A stretch of DNA of 64,000 nucleotides, taken from contig JAPSIR010000002.1 of assembly GCA_031178625.1 (NCBI GenBank), positions 2,310 through 66,309 of the forward strand. Direction: 5' to 3'. Shown here piece after piece: positions 19,138 to 28,296 of the stretch. The DNA is from Cellulomonas sp. Its GTDB lineage: Bacteria > Actinomycetota > Actinomycetes > Actinomycetales > Cellulomonadaceae. Each line of letters opens with the position of its first letter. Within the stretch, counting starts at the first letter, position 1. The position numbers and the translations under genes are program-made. Under the pieces are notes generated by a model that saw only the letters and a program-made list of their open reading frames with translations, was not told where the DNA came from and made no database searches.

Positions 19138-19737
19138 GTGACCGACGAGCAGGTGGTCAGCACGCGCGTGCTCACCGTCCCCAACGTCATCAGCCTGGCA
19201 CGGCTGCTGCTGGTGCCCGTGTTCGCGGTGCTGGTCGCGAACGGCGAGGACGCGTGGGCGCTGCTCGTGCTCGCGGTGTCGGGCGCCAGCGACTGGCTCG
19301 ACGGCGTCGTCGCGCGGCGCATGCACCAGGTGACCCGGCTCGGGCAGATGCTCGACCCCGCGGCCGACCGCCTCTTCATCCTCGTCACGCTGCTGGGGCT
19401 CGCGTGGCGGGGCACCGTCCCGGTGTGGCTGGTCGTGGTGCTGGTCGCGCGCGACGTCGTGCTCGCGGTGATGCTGCTCGTGCTGGCCCGCGCCGGGTAC
19501 CCGCCGCTGCGGGTCCACCTCGCCGGCAAGGCGGGCACGCTGGTCCTGCTGTACGCGTTCCCGCTGCTGTTCCTGTCGCAGTGGCCGTCGGCGGTCGGGC
19601 AGGCCGCCGGCGTGCTCGGGTGGGCCTGCGCGCTCTGGGGCGTGGCGCTCTACTGGTTCGCCGGCGCGCTCTACCTGGCGCAGGCCGGCACGGTGCTGCG
19701 CGCCGACCGCCGCCGTGATCGGGCGACCGCCTCGTGA
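19138..19737 (+). CDS. CDP-alcohol phosphatidyltransferase (PgsA2-like)
   Basis: TVPNVISLAR and SDWLDGVVAR...LGQMLDPAADR signature. Confidence 0.92.
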   Translation: MTDEQVVSTRVLTVPNVISLARLLLVPVFAVLVANGEDAWALLVLAVSGASDWLDGVVARRMHQVTRLGQMLDPAADRLFILVTLLGLAWRGTVPVWLVVVLVARDVVLAVMLLVLARAGYPPLRVHLAGKAGTLVLLYAFPLLFLSQWPSAVGQAAGVLGWACALWGVALYWFAGALYLAQAGTVLRADRRRDRATAS

Positions 19738-20726
19738 ACCGTCGCCACGCGCAGCCCGGCCCGCACCGCCCGGCCGACGCGTCGATGACGCTCATCAACG
19801 AGACGTACCGCCGGCCGCTGGACCCGGGCTACCAGGAGGTCGCGGACCGGCGGCGCGCGGGCGCCGCCCCGCGGCGCACCCGGCGCGGAGGTGCCGCGCT
19901 GCTCGTGCTGGCGATCGCGCTCGGCGCCTTCGCGACCTCGGCGGCCACCGCGCTGCGTCGCCCGCCGCCCGCGGTGCTCGAGGCGCGCGCCCTCCTGGAG
20001 GCGGAGATCCGCGAGCGCACCGAGCGTGCCGAGGCCCTGCGCGACGAGAACGCACGCCTGTCGGCGGAGATCGCCGCGCTGCAGACGGCGGCCGCGTCGA
20101 GCGAGGACCCCGCCCTGCTGGCGCAGCTCCAGCAGGACGCCGTCCCCGGGGGGCGGGTGCCCGTCTCGGGGCCCGGGCTCCGGATCGTGCTCACCGACTG
20201 GGTGCCCGGCCCGGGCGAGGAGGAGAACCCGGACAACCGCGTGCAGGACGGGGACCTGCAGCTGCTCGCGAACGGCCTGTGGGCGGCCGGTGCGGAGGCG
20301 ATCGCGATCAACGGCGCGCGCCTCACGTCCACGACCGCGATCCGCGGCGCGGGCGCGGCCGTCCTCGTCGACATGCGCCCGCTGGGCAGCCCGTACACCG
20401 TCGAGGCGATCGGCGACTCCGTGGGGCTGCAGACGGGGCTCGCGCGCGGCACGGCCGGGCAGCGGCTGGCGAGCCTGCGCCAGCAGTTCCGCATCGGCGT
20501 GGAGGTCACCGTGCAGGACCACCTGGAGCTGCCCGCAGCCGGCTCGCCGACGCTCCGGTCCGCGCAGGTCCTCGGCGACCAGGGTGTCGCTACGGCGTCG
20601 GACGGCACCACGTCGTCCGGACGTCGCGAGGCCGCCGCCGGTCGGGGGACCGCCGCGGACGCCCTTGGGCCGGTATCGCCGGATGTGGCAGTGTCGGTGC
20701 GTCCTGACGGAGGGGAGCGCTCGTGA
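19734..20726 (+). CDS. DUF881-domain protein
   Basis: TM + coiled coil; VSGPGLRIVL, LWAAGAEAIAING and SPYTVEAIG. Confidence 0.88.
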   Translation: MNRRHAQPGPHRPADASMTLINETYRRPLDPGYQEVADRRRAGAAPRRTRRGGAALLVLAIALGAFATSAATALRRPPPAVLEARALLEAEIRERTERAEALRDENARLSAEIAALQTAAASSEDPALLAQLQQDAVPGGRVPVSGPGLRIVLTDWVPGPGEEENPDNRVQDGDLQLLANGLWAAGAEAIAINGARLTSTTAIRGAGAAVLVDMRPLGSPYTVEAIGDSVGLQTGLARGTAGQRLASLRQQFRIGVEVTVQDHLELPAAGSPTLRSAQVLGDQGVATASDGTTSSGRREAAAGRGTAADALGPVSPDVAVSVRPDGGERS

Positions 20727-21055
20727 TCGCGGTGATCGGGCTCGTGCTCGGCGTGGTCGCCGGTCTGCTCATCGAGCCGACCGTCCCGGCGAACCTGCAG
20801 CCGTACCTGCCGATCGCGGTCGTCGCGGCGCTCGACGCGCTGTTCGGCGGCCTGCGCGCCTTCCTCGACGGCATCTTCGACGAGCGCGTCTTCCTCACGT
20901 CGTTCCTCTCGAACGTCGTGGTGGCCGCGCTCATCGTGTTCCTCGGCGACCAGCTCGGGGTGGGGTCGCAGATGACGACGGCGGTCATCGTCGTCCTCGG
21001 CATCCGCATCTTCTCCAACGCCGCGTCGATCCGCCGCCACCTGTTCAAGGCATGA
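20723..21055 (+). CDS. Small basic protein family (DUF1290/Sbp)
   Basis: PYLPIAVVAALDALFGG and GIRIFSNAASIRRHLF; coupled to both neighbours. Confidence 0.9.
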   Translation: MIAVIGLVLGVVAGLLIEPTVPANLQPYLPIAVVAALDALFGGLRAFLDGIFDERVFLTSFLSNVVVAALIVFLGDQLGVGSQMTTAVIVVLGIRIFSNAASIRRHLFKA

Positions 21056-22512
21056 CGACCGCGGACGGCCGGCGCGACGCGGCGCACGGAGGCGACGCAG
21101 GAGCGGCCGCGCGCGCGAGCGACGGCACCCCCGACGAGACGCCCACCGACGCGGCGGTCCCCCACGACCGTGCGGTCCCCGACGACCGTGCGGTCCCCGA
21201 CGACCGTGCGGTCCCCGACGAGCACGCACCCCGCGACGACGGACCCGGCCACCACGCACCGGACGACGACGCACGGGGCGGCGGCACCGGGCCCGAGCAC
21301 ACGCCGGACGACGACGCACCGGACGCTCTCGGGCACGACGACCTCGCGCCCGACGACGCCGCTCCCGCCGACCGGGCGGCCGGCCACCGGGGTGCCGACA
21401 CGCTGCCGCCGGACGACGGGCCCGCCATCGACCCCCGTGACCCGCTCGGCCTCGGCGACATCGGGCTCGACGAGCCGGACGCCGTCGCTGCGCGGTCGCC
21501 GGTCGAGGTCGGCACGGCGGGCGAGCCGGACCAGACGGTGGACGTGACGCGTCGAGTCCGCGAGGTCGACGACGACCACGGCGACGTTGACGAGACGGTC
21601 ACGCAGCACGCTGCGACCACCACCGCGACCACCACCGCGACCACGACCGCGTCGTCGGCCCCGCCGACGACCGGCCCGGCCGTCCCGGTCATCGCCGCGG
21701 ATCCCGCGGACACCGTGGCGGACGCCGCCTCCGACGGTGCCGGCCGGGCGGACGCCGACGCGCCCCCCGTGCCCGAGCGGCCCGCGGGGGAGCGGTCGGC
21801 GTGGGCCCGCCTCGCGCACGCGATGCGCCCCCGGACCACCACGGGCCAGCTGCTCACGGCGGCGCTGTGCGCGCTGCTGGGCTTCGCGCTGGTCGTCCAG
21901 GTCCGCCAGTCCACCGACACGCAGCTCGGCTCGCTGCGGCAGGACGACCTCGTGCGGCTGCTCGACGAGACCACCACGCGCGCGGACGAGCTCGCGCGCG
22001 AGGCGGCCGACCTGCAGCGCGAGCACGACGAGCTGCTGTCCGGCTCGGACCGCCAGCAGGCGGCGCTCGACGCCGCACGCCGCAACGCGGCCACCCAGGG
22101 GATCCTCACCGGGCGGCTGCCGGCGACCGGGCCGGGCGTCCGGGTGACGCTCACGGAGACGGCGCCGAGCATCCGCGCCGCGACGATGCTGCACGTGCTC
22201 GAGGAGCTGCGGAACGCCGGCGCCGAGGCGATCCAGGTGAACGACCTGCGCGTGACGGCGAGCAGCGCGTTCACAGGGGCCCCGGGCGAGATCGTGCTCG
22301 ACGGCGTGACCCTGTCGCCGCCGTACCGCTGGCTCGTCATCGGCGAGCCCGACACGATCGCCACGGCTCTCGAGATCCCGGGCGGCGCGGTCGCGAAGGT
22401 GCGCACCGACGGGGGACGGGGGACCGTCGAGACGCTCGAGCGCGTGGACGTGACCGCGCTCCGCGAGCTGCCCGAGCCGGTGCACGCCACCCCGGTGCCC
22501 GACGGGCGTTGA
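21052..22512 (+). CDS. DUF881-domain protein with long acidic low-complexity N-terminus
   Basis: LRQDDLVRLLD, GPGVRVTL, ELRNAGAEAIQVN and ALEIPGG; ATGA overlap with the previous gene. Confidence 0.85.
   Translation: MTTADGRRDAAHGGDAGAAARASDGTPDETPTDAAVPHDRAVPDDRAVPDDRAVPDEHAPRDDGPGHHAPDDDARGGGTGPEHTPDDDAPDALGHDDLAPDDAAPADRAAGHRGADTLPPDDGPAIDPRDPLGLGDIGLDEPDAVAARSPVEVGTAGEPDQTVDVTRRVREVDDDHGDVDETVTQHAATTTATTTATTTASSAPPTTGPAVPVIAADPADTVADAASDGAGRADADAPPVPERPAGERSAWARLAHAMRPRTTTGQLLTAALCALLGFALVVQVRQSTDTQLGSLRQDDLVRLLDETTTRADELAREAADLQREHDELLSGSDRQQAALDAARRNAATQGILTGRLPATGPGVRVTLTETAPSIRAATMLHVLEELRNAGAEAIQVNDLRVTASSAFTGAPGEIVLDGVTLSPPYRWLVIGEPDTIATALEIPGGAVAKVRTDGGRGTVETLERVDVTALRELPEPVHATPVPDGR
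21154..21225 (+). repeat. In-frame 18-bp tandem repeat x4 (AVPDDR)
   Basis: GCGGTCCCCGACGACCGT-type units at 21154, 21172, 21190 and 21208. Confidence 0.85.
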
Positions 22513-22639
22513 GCGCGCGTCACTCGCCCAGGTGCTCACTGTGCTGCACGGACGTGCCGACACCACATAGGGTGAGACCCGCGACGGCTGGGTCGAGGCG
22601 GGAGCGTCGACGCGCCCGCGACCGACACGGGAGGTGCAC

Positions 22640-23113
22640 ATGAGCGACGATCGACCGGCTCCGGCCGGAGGGCTGCCGACGTACCGCGGCGACGGTCCTG
22701 ACACGACCGTCAGCTTCGGCTCGCTGGAACCCGTGGAGCAGGAGGCCCCCGCTCGCGTGGGCCTGACCGCCGACGAGTCCGCCGCGGTGCAGGCGCTGCC
22801 GCCGACCTCGGCGCTGCTGATCATGCAGCGCGGCCCCAGCTCGGGCGCGCGCTTCCTGCTCGACGCGGAGCGCACGACGGCCGGCCGCAGCACGAGCGCC
22901 GACATCTTCCTCGACGACGTCACGGTGTCGCGCAAGCACGCGGACTTCGTCCGCGACGGCAACCAGTTCGTCGTCCGTGACATCGGCTCGCTCAACGGCA
23001 CGTACGTGAACCGCACGCGGATCGACCAGGTCGTCCTGCGCGCGGGCGACGAGGTGCAGATCGGCAAGTACCGCATGACGTTCCACCCCAGCCCGCACCG
23101 TGACGGCTCCTGA
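22640..23113 (+). CDS. garA: FHA-domain protein GarA/OdhI
   Basis: DTTVSF (equivalent to the phosphorylated ETTS motif); GARFLLD, DIFLDDVTVSRKHA and GSLNGTYVN. Confidence 0.9.
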   Translation: MSDDRPAPAGGLPTYRGDGPDTTVSFGSLEPVEQEAPARVGLTADESAAVQALPPTSALLIMQRGPSSGARFLLDAERTTAGRSTSADIFLDDVTVSRKHADFVRDGNQFVVRDIGSLNGTYVNRTRIDQVVLRAGDEVQIGKYRMTFHPSPHRDGS

Positions 23114-23906
23114 CGGCGCGGTCGCGCGCGCGGCGGCGCCACCGACGACGGGTGCCTCTCGGACGCGGCCGCCGCGCGCCGGGCAGCCGGGGGAGGCGGT
23201 CGCCGAGCCGTGGCCCCGCGGGCTGTCGCGGCGCGCGAGCATGCGCATCTCGGACGTGCTCGCGGCCCTGCGCCTCGAGTTCCCCGCCGTGACGACGTCC
23301 AAGCTGCGCTTCCTCGAGGAGCAGGGCCTGGTGGCGCCGGTGCGGACGCCGTCGGGGTACCGGCAGTACTCGCCGGCGGACGTCGAACGGCTGCGGTTCG
23401 TGCTGCGCCAGCAGCGCGACCGGTACATGCCGCTCAAGGTGATCGGGGAGCGGCTCGCCGCTCTCGACGCGGGTGCCGAGGAGGAGGAGACGCCGCCGCG
23501 CGCCCGCCTCGCGACGAGCGACGGCGTCGCGCGCACGCCCGACCGCCTCACCGCCGAGCGCCTCGCGCAGGAGGCGCGGGTCCCGCCCGAGCTGGTGGAC
23601 GACCTCGTTGCGCAGGGCGTGCTGCGCCCCGACCAGCGGGGCGTGTTCGACGCGTGGGCCCGCGAGGTGGTGGTCGCCGCGGCGGCCCTCGCCGAGCACG
23701 GCATCGACCCGCGCCACCTGCGCACGTTCCGCGCCGCCGCCGACCGCCAGGCGGACCTCGTCGACCAGGTGGTCGCGCCGTGGCGCGGGCAGCGCAGCGT
23801 GTCCGCCCGGGCGCGCGCCTCGACCCTCGCGGCGGAGGTGGGCGAGCTGTGCGCCCAGATGCACACGGCGCTCCTGCGCTCGGCGGTCGCCGACCTCACG
23901 CCCTGA
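23100..23906 (+). CDS. ftsR: MerR-type regulator FtsR (Rv1828-like); start may instead be ATG 23241
   Basis: FPAVTTSKLRFLEEQGL, RTPSGYRQY, YMPLKVI and GIDPRHLR; position directly after garA. Confidence 0.85.
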   Translation: MTAPDGAVARAAAPPTTGASRTRPPRAGQPGEAVAEPWPRGLSRRASMRISDVLAALRLEFPAVTTSKLRFLEEQGLVAPVRTPSGYRQYSPADVERLRFVLRQQRDRYMPLKVIGERLAALDAGAEEEETPPRARLATSDGVARTPDRLTAERLAQEARVPPELVDDLVAQGVLRPDQRGVFDAWAREVVVAAAALAEHGIDPRHLRTFRAAADRQADLVDQVVAPWRGQRSVSARARASTLAAEVGELCAQMHTALLRSAVADLTP

Positions 23907-23984
23907 CCGCCCGGCGCAGGCCGGGGCGACACGCGGTGCCCGCCTGGGGCAGACGCCGCCGCGACCGCGTCGTAGCGTGGAGGC

Positions 23985-24509
23985 GTGTCCGAGGATCCCG
24001 AGCTGGTGCCCGTGGAGGTCGTCGGCGTGCGCACGCACCTGGCCGACGACGAGATCGTCGTGCTGCTGCTCGACCCGGACTCGGCGCTGCTCGTGCCCAT
24101 CCTCATCGGCCCGGCTGAGGCGTCGGCCATCGCATCGGCGCAGGCCGGGGTCGTGCCGCCGCGGCCGATGACGCACGACCTGCTGCGGGACGTGCTCGTC
24201 GCGGCGGGGGCGCCCGTGGTGCACGTCGAGATCACGCGGCTCGAGGACGGTGTCTTCCACGCGGCGCTCGTCCTGCGCGGTGGACAGCGCGTGGACTCGC
24301 GGGCGTCGGACGCGATCGCGGTCGCGCTGCGGTTCGACTGCCCGGTGCTGTGCTCGGCCGAGGTCGTCGCGGTGGCCGGGGTGGAGGTGCGGCCCGCGAC
24401 GCGGGAGGAGGACCTCGCGCAGTTCCGCGAGTTCCTCGAGCAGGTGTCGGCGGAGGACTTCGAGACCGGTCACGAGCCGGGCGCCGAGCCGGGCGGGCGC
24501 GACGCCTGA
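23985..24509 (+). CDS. Bifunctional nuclease family protein (DUF151)
   Basis: ILIGPAEA, RPMTHDL, VDSRASDAIAVAL and FREFLEQVSAEDF. Confidence 0.9.
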   Translation: MSEDPELVPVEVVGVRTHLADDEIVVLLLDPDSALLVPILIGPAEASAIASAQAGVVPPRPMTHDLLRDVLVAAGAPVVHVEITRLEDGVFHAALVLRGGQRVDSRASDAIAVALRFDCPVLCSAEVVAVAGVEVRPATREEDLAQFREFLEQVSAEDFETGHEPGAEPGGRDA

Positions 24510-24531
24510 GGACGGTCGACGTCCGCGCACC

Positions 24532-24556
24532 CTCGACCTCCACTCGAAGGTGAGAC
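24532..24556. promoter_or_regulatory. Imperfect palindrome CTCGACCTCCACTCGAAGGTGAGAC, FtsR-type site candidate
   Basis: ACCT...AGGT dyad upstream of the second MerR gene; resembles (from recall) the actinobacterial ftsZ-promoter FtsR site. Confidence 0.45.
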
Positions 24557-24669
24557 ATGCACGAGCGACACGCCGGGGTGGCTCGTTGCAGTCCCGTCGG
24601 TGCGGGCCTAGCGTTGCAGGCAGATCGAGAACAGTGCGCCCGCACCGCGGACGCCGAGGGAGGCCCGTG

Positions 24670-25254
24670 GTGAGCAACGAGACTGCCGAGAACTCCGGAC
24701 CCGTCCCGCAGCGTGCGCAGGGCCTGCTGTTCGACGACGACCTGCCCGACCTCGACGTCGCGACGGGGTACCGCGGGCCCACCGCGTGCCGTGCCGCCGG
24801 CATCACGTACCGCCAGCTCGACTACTGGGCCCGCACCGGCCTGGTCGAGCCGTCGATCCGCCCGGCCACCGGCTCGGGCACCCAGCGGCTCTACAGCTTC
24901 CGGGACATCCTCGTGCTCAAGGTCGTCAAGCGGCTGCTCGACACCGGCGTGTCCCTGCAGCAGATCCGCGCCGCCGTCGGGCACCTGCGCGAGCGGGGTG
25001 TCGACGACCTCGCGCAGATCACGCTGATGTCGGACGGCGCGAGCGTCTACGAGTGCACGTCCGCGGACGAGGTCATCGACCTCGTGCAGGGCGGCCAGGG
25101 CGTGTTCGGCATCGCGGTCGGCCGCGTGTGGCGCGAGGTCGAGGGCACCCTCGCCGAGCTGCCGACCGAGCGCGCCGAGGACGACGGCGCCGCGCCGGTC
25201 CCGAACCCCCAGGACGAGCTCGCACTGCGCCGCCAGGCACGCACCGCCGGCTGA
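24670..25254 (+). CDS. MerR-family regulator (Rv1830/McdR/ResR-like)
   Basis: GYRGPTACRAAGITYRQLDYWARTGLVEPS, QRLYSFRDILVLKVVKRLLDTGVSLQ and GGQGVFGIAV. Confidence 0.92.
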   Translation: MSNETAENSGPVPQRAQGLLFDDDLPDLDVATGYRGPTACRAAGITYRQLDYWARTGLVEPSIRPATGSGTQRLYSFRDILVLKVVKRLLDTGVSLQQIRAAVGHLRERGVDDLAQITLMSDGASVYECTSADEVIDLVQGGQGVFGIAVGRVWREVEGTLAELPTERAEDDGAAPVPNPQDELALRRQARTAG

Positions 25255-25275
25255 CGCCGCACCACCCGTCGCACC

Positions 25276-25307
25276 CGACGCCCGGCCGGACCACCGGCCG
25301 GGCGTCG
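25276..25307. terminator. Bidirectional terminator hairpin
   Basis: 14-bp stem CGACGCCCGGCCGG / CCGGCCGGGCGTCG with a 4-nt loop. Confidence 0.7.
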
Positions 25308-25392
25308 TCGTGCTCAGCTGGTCCCGCGGCACGGGCGCGCGTCGGCGTGCGCCGGACCGCCCCAGCGGGACCACGCGGCGGGGGAGCGGTCG

Positions 25393-26160
25393 TCAGCGCC
25401 GCGGCGCCCGCAGGGCCCGCTCGAGCAGCTGGTCGAAGACGCCCGCGAGCTCCGCCGCGGCCGCGCCGGGCCACGCGTGCACGGGCTGCGCCGCGCCCTG
25501 CGCCTGCTGCAGCGCGGCGCGCTCGGGGACATGGGGGGACAGGACGAGCGGACCGTAGAGGGTCTGCAGCTCCTGCAACCGGTAGGCCTGCTCGACGGAA
25601 CGGGCCCGCACCCGGTTCACGGCGATGCCGAGGGGCTGCAGCGCGGGTGCGGCGCTGCGCCGGAGCTCGTCGATGGTGCGCATCGCCCGGCCGACGGCCA
25701 TGACCGCGAACAGCCCCGGCTCCGTCACGACGACCGCGCGGTCGCAGGCCGTCAGGCCGGTCCGCGTGAGCCCGCCGAGCGACGGCGGGCAGTCGATGAT
25801 CACCAGGTCGTAGCCGGTCACCCACGACAGCGCGTAGCGGAGCCGGTCCAGGTCGTCGTCGTCGACCCGGTCGTGCAGCACCGAGCGCTCCGACCCGACC
25901 AGGACGTCGAGGCCGCGGTCGGACCAGCTCGACGGTGCGGTCGCGGCCGCCACCGTGACGTCGGACGGCGCGTCCAGCACCGACGCCACGTCACCTGCGG
26001 CGGCACCGGCGGCGCCGAGCGCCATCGTCGAGTCGCCCTGCGGGTCGAGGTCGACGACGAGGGTGCGCACGCCGCGCTCGAGGGCGGCCGAGGCCAGCCC
26101 GAGCGTCACCGAGGTCTTGCCGACACCACCCTTGAGGCTGCACACACCGAGGACGAGCAC
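25393..26160 (-). CDS. ParA/Soj-family ATPase (orphan)
   Basis: SLKGGVGKTS deviant Walker A, VVDLDPQG and IIDCPPSLG. Confidence 0.92.
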   Translation of the reverse strand: MLVLGVCSLKGGVGKTSVTLGLASAALERGVRTLVVDLDPQGDSTMALGAAGAAAGDVASVLDAPSDVTVAAATAPSSWSDRGLDVLVGSERSVLHDRVDDDDLDRLRYALSWVTGYDLVIIDCPPSLGGLTRTGLTACDRAVVVTEPGLFAVMAVGRAMRTIDELRRSAAPALQPLGIAVNRVRARSVEQAYRLQELQTLYGPLVLSPHVPERAALQQAQGAAQPVHAWPGAAAAELAGVFDQLLERALRAPRR

Positions 26161-26249
26161 GCGGCCACGGTAGTCGGGTGGCCGGTGCCGCACGAATCGC
26201 CGCGCGGCGCGCCGGTGCGTCGACCCGTCTGCTGCACCAGGATGGACGC

Positions 26250-26906
26250 ATGCCGCTCACGATCACCCGTCACGGGCACTCCTGCGTACGCGTCGAGCGC
26301 GACGGCCGCGTGCTCGTCGTGGACCCCGGCGCCTGGAGCGACCTCGGCGCCGCCCTCGACGGCGCGGAGGCCGTGCTCATCACGCACGAGCACCCCGACC
26401 ACGTCGACGTGGGGGCGGTGGCCGACCGCGTTGGCGCCGGGGTCCAGGTATGGGCTCCCGAGAGCGTGGTCGCCGACCTGGCGGCGGCGGGCGCGCCGCG
26501 CGAGCGGCTCCACCCGGTGGCCGACGGGGACGACCTGACCGTTGCCGGCGCACGCGTCCGGGTGATGGGGGAGCGGCACGCCGTGATCCACCCGGACCTG
26601 CCCGTGCCGGCCAACGTGGCGTACCTCGTCGACGACGTCCTGCTGCACCCCGGGGACTCGTACACGTTGCCGCCGGACGGCACGTCCGTCGACGTGCTGC
26701 TGCAGCCGGTCGGCGCGCCGTGGCTGCGGCTCGCCGACGCGGCGGACTACGTGCGGGCCGTGGCGCCGCGCCGCGTCGTGCCGATCCACGACGAGCTGCT
26801 GAGCGACCTGGGCCGTGCCGGCGCGGCCCGCCTCCTGGGCACGCTGGTCCCCACGGCGGAGCTGGTGGCGCTGGCGTCGGGGGAGTCGTTGAGCCTCGAC
26901 GGCTGA
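26250..26906 (+). CDS. MBL-fold metallo-hydrolase
   Basis: GHSCV, VVDPG, ITHEHPDH, HPGDS and VPIHD. Confidence 0.9.
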   Translation: MPLTITRHGHSCVRVERDGRVLVVDPGAWSDLGAALDGAEAVLITHEHPDHVDVGAVADRVGAGVQVWAPESVVADLAAAGAPRERLHPVADGDDLTVAGARVRVMGERHAVIHPDLPVPANVAYLVDDVLLHPGDSYTLPPDGTSVDVLLQPVGAPWLRLADAADYVRAVAPRRVVPIHDELLSDLGRAGAARLLGTLVPTAELVALASGESLSLDG

Positions 26907-26987
26907 GCGGTCTCCCGGCACGGCCGCCCGCACCGGTCGCCCGGTGCGGGCGAGGTGGCTAGCGTGGGCGCGTCGGAAGGAGACACC

Positions 26988-27194
26988 GTGTCGGAGAGCC
27001 ACGACGTGCCGCACCTGGAGCAGGACGAGACCGTGCCGCCGCGCCCCGAGGAGGAGGCGGCCGACCTCGTCCGCTCCGTGCCCGACCCCGCCGGTCACGG
27101 CGGTGACCGGCGCGCGGCGGCCGACCTGGAGGGCGCCGACGGCCTGGGGGAGCGGCGCCCGGACGACGGCCCGACGGCGCGCGAGGTCGGCTGA
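26988..27194 (+). CDS. Small acidic hypothetical protein (68 aa)
   Basis: AAGGAG RBS, GTG start, HLEQDETVPPRPEEE; upstream TAGCGT -10-like hexamer. Confidence 0.65.
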   Translation: MSESHDVPHLEQDETVPPRPEEEAADLVRSVPDPAGHGGDRRAAADLEGADGLGERRPDDGPTAREVG

Positions 27195-27229
27195 GGCACG
27201 CCGGACCCGCCGTAGGGCATCCTGTCCCG

Positions 27230-27754
27230 ATGCAGATCCGCGCCGTGGCCGAGGACGACTGGACGCTCGTCCGTGACATCCGCCTGCGGGCGCTGCGGGA
27301 GTCGCCGGACGTGTTCGGCTCGTCGCTCGCGCGCGAGGAGCGGTTCGTCGAGTCGCACTGGCGGATGCGGCTGCGCACGAGCGCGATGTGGGTCGCGGTC
27401 GACGACGACGGGACGCCGCGCGGGCTCGTGTCGATGATCCGGGAGCCCGGGTCGCCCGAGCACGACCGCCACGTCCAGCAGATGTGGGTGGCGCCCGAGG
27501 CGCGCCGGCAAGGTGTGGCGTGGGCGCTGCTGGACGCCGTCGTGCGCGCCGCCGCGCAGGACGGGGCCGAGACCGTGTCGCTGTGGGTCGTCGAGGACAA
27601 CGCGTCCGCCGTCGACCTGTACGTGCGCGCCGGCTTCGTGCGGACCGGTGAGCGTCAGGTGCTGCCGCGCGACCCCGACCGGACCGAGGAGCGCTACGAG
27701 CGCCACGTCGACGTCGCCGGGCTCGCCGCGAGCCCGCGTCCCGACCCGGCCTGA
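27230..27754 (+). CDS. GNAT-family N-acetyltransferase
   Basis: RLRALRESPDVFGSS, MWVAPEARRQGVA and NASAVDLYVRAGF. Confidence 0.9.
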   Translation: MQIRAVAEDDWTLVRDIRLRALRESPDVFGSSLAREERFVESHWRMRLRTSAMWVAVDDDGTPRGLVSMIREPGSPEHDRHVQQMWVAPEARRQGVAWALLDAVVRAAAQDGAETVSLWVVEDNASAVDLYVRAGFVRTGERQVLPRDPDRTEERYERHVDVAGLAASPRPDPA

Positions 27755-27795
27755 GGGAGCGCCTGGGGACCGCATCGCGGTCGTCTCAGCCCCCG

Positions 27796-27823
27796 TTCTG
27801 ACATAATGCACATTATCGGCGTT
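27796..27823 (-). other. dif: dif chromosome dimer resolution site (XerC/XerD)
   Basis: Minus strand AACGCCGATAA-TGTGCA-TTATGTCAGAA: 11-6-11 layout, XerD arm TTATGTCA, actinobacterial-type XerC arm GCCGATAA; intergenic between convergent genes. Confidence 0.9.
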
Positions 27824-27875
27824 TGGTGGCCACGTGCCGGGATGTGCGGAGGGATGGTCGCGCGCCGGCCCGGCG

Positions 27876-28208
27876 TCACGCCAGCGGGTCGTGGCCCCAG
27901 TTCATCAGCGAGTACCGCCAGCGCGTGTCGGTGACGTCGCCGTCGGGTCGTTGTGCCAGGTGCCGGTGCACGTAGCCGACGACCTTCCGCATGTGCTCGT
28001 GGTCGTCGTCGGTCAGGTCGGCCTTCGTCGCGCGCAGGATCTCGACGATCCGTCGTCCGGACTCGTGGCCGACCGACTCGCCGCCGCCGTCCTTCTGGCC
28101 GACGGACCGTGACTCGTCGGTCTCGAGCCAGTGCTCGAGCTGCGCCGCGGTCATGGTGACCGCCTCGTGGAAGTCCTTCGCCACCTGTGTGCGCTCGTCC
28201 GCGTCCAT
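27876..28208 (-). CDS. DUF3140-domain protein
   Basis: ESVGHESGRRIV, HMRKVVGYVHRH and WRYSLMNWGHDP. Confidence 0.9.
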   Translation of the reverse strand: MDADERTQVAKDFHEAVTMTAAQLEHWLETDESRSVGQKDGGGESVGHESGRRIVEILRATKADLTDDDHEHMRKVVGYVHRHLAQRPDGDVTDTRWRYSLMNWGHDPLA

Positions 28209-28296
28209 GACCCGATGCTCGCACCGCGGGGCGAGCCCGACACCTCGACGGCCGCCGGCCGGACCCTCGCAGCGGCGGCGACAATTCATCCCATGT

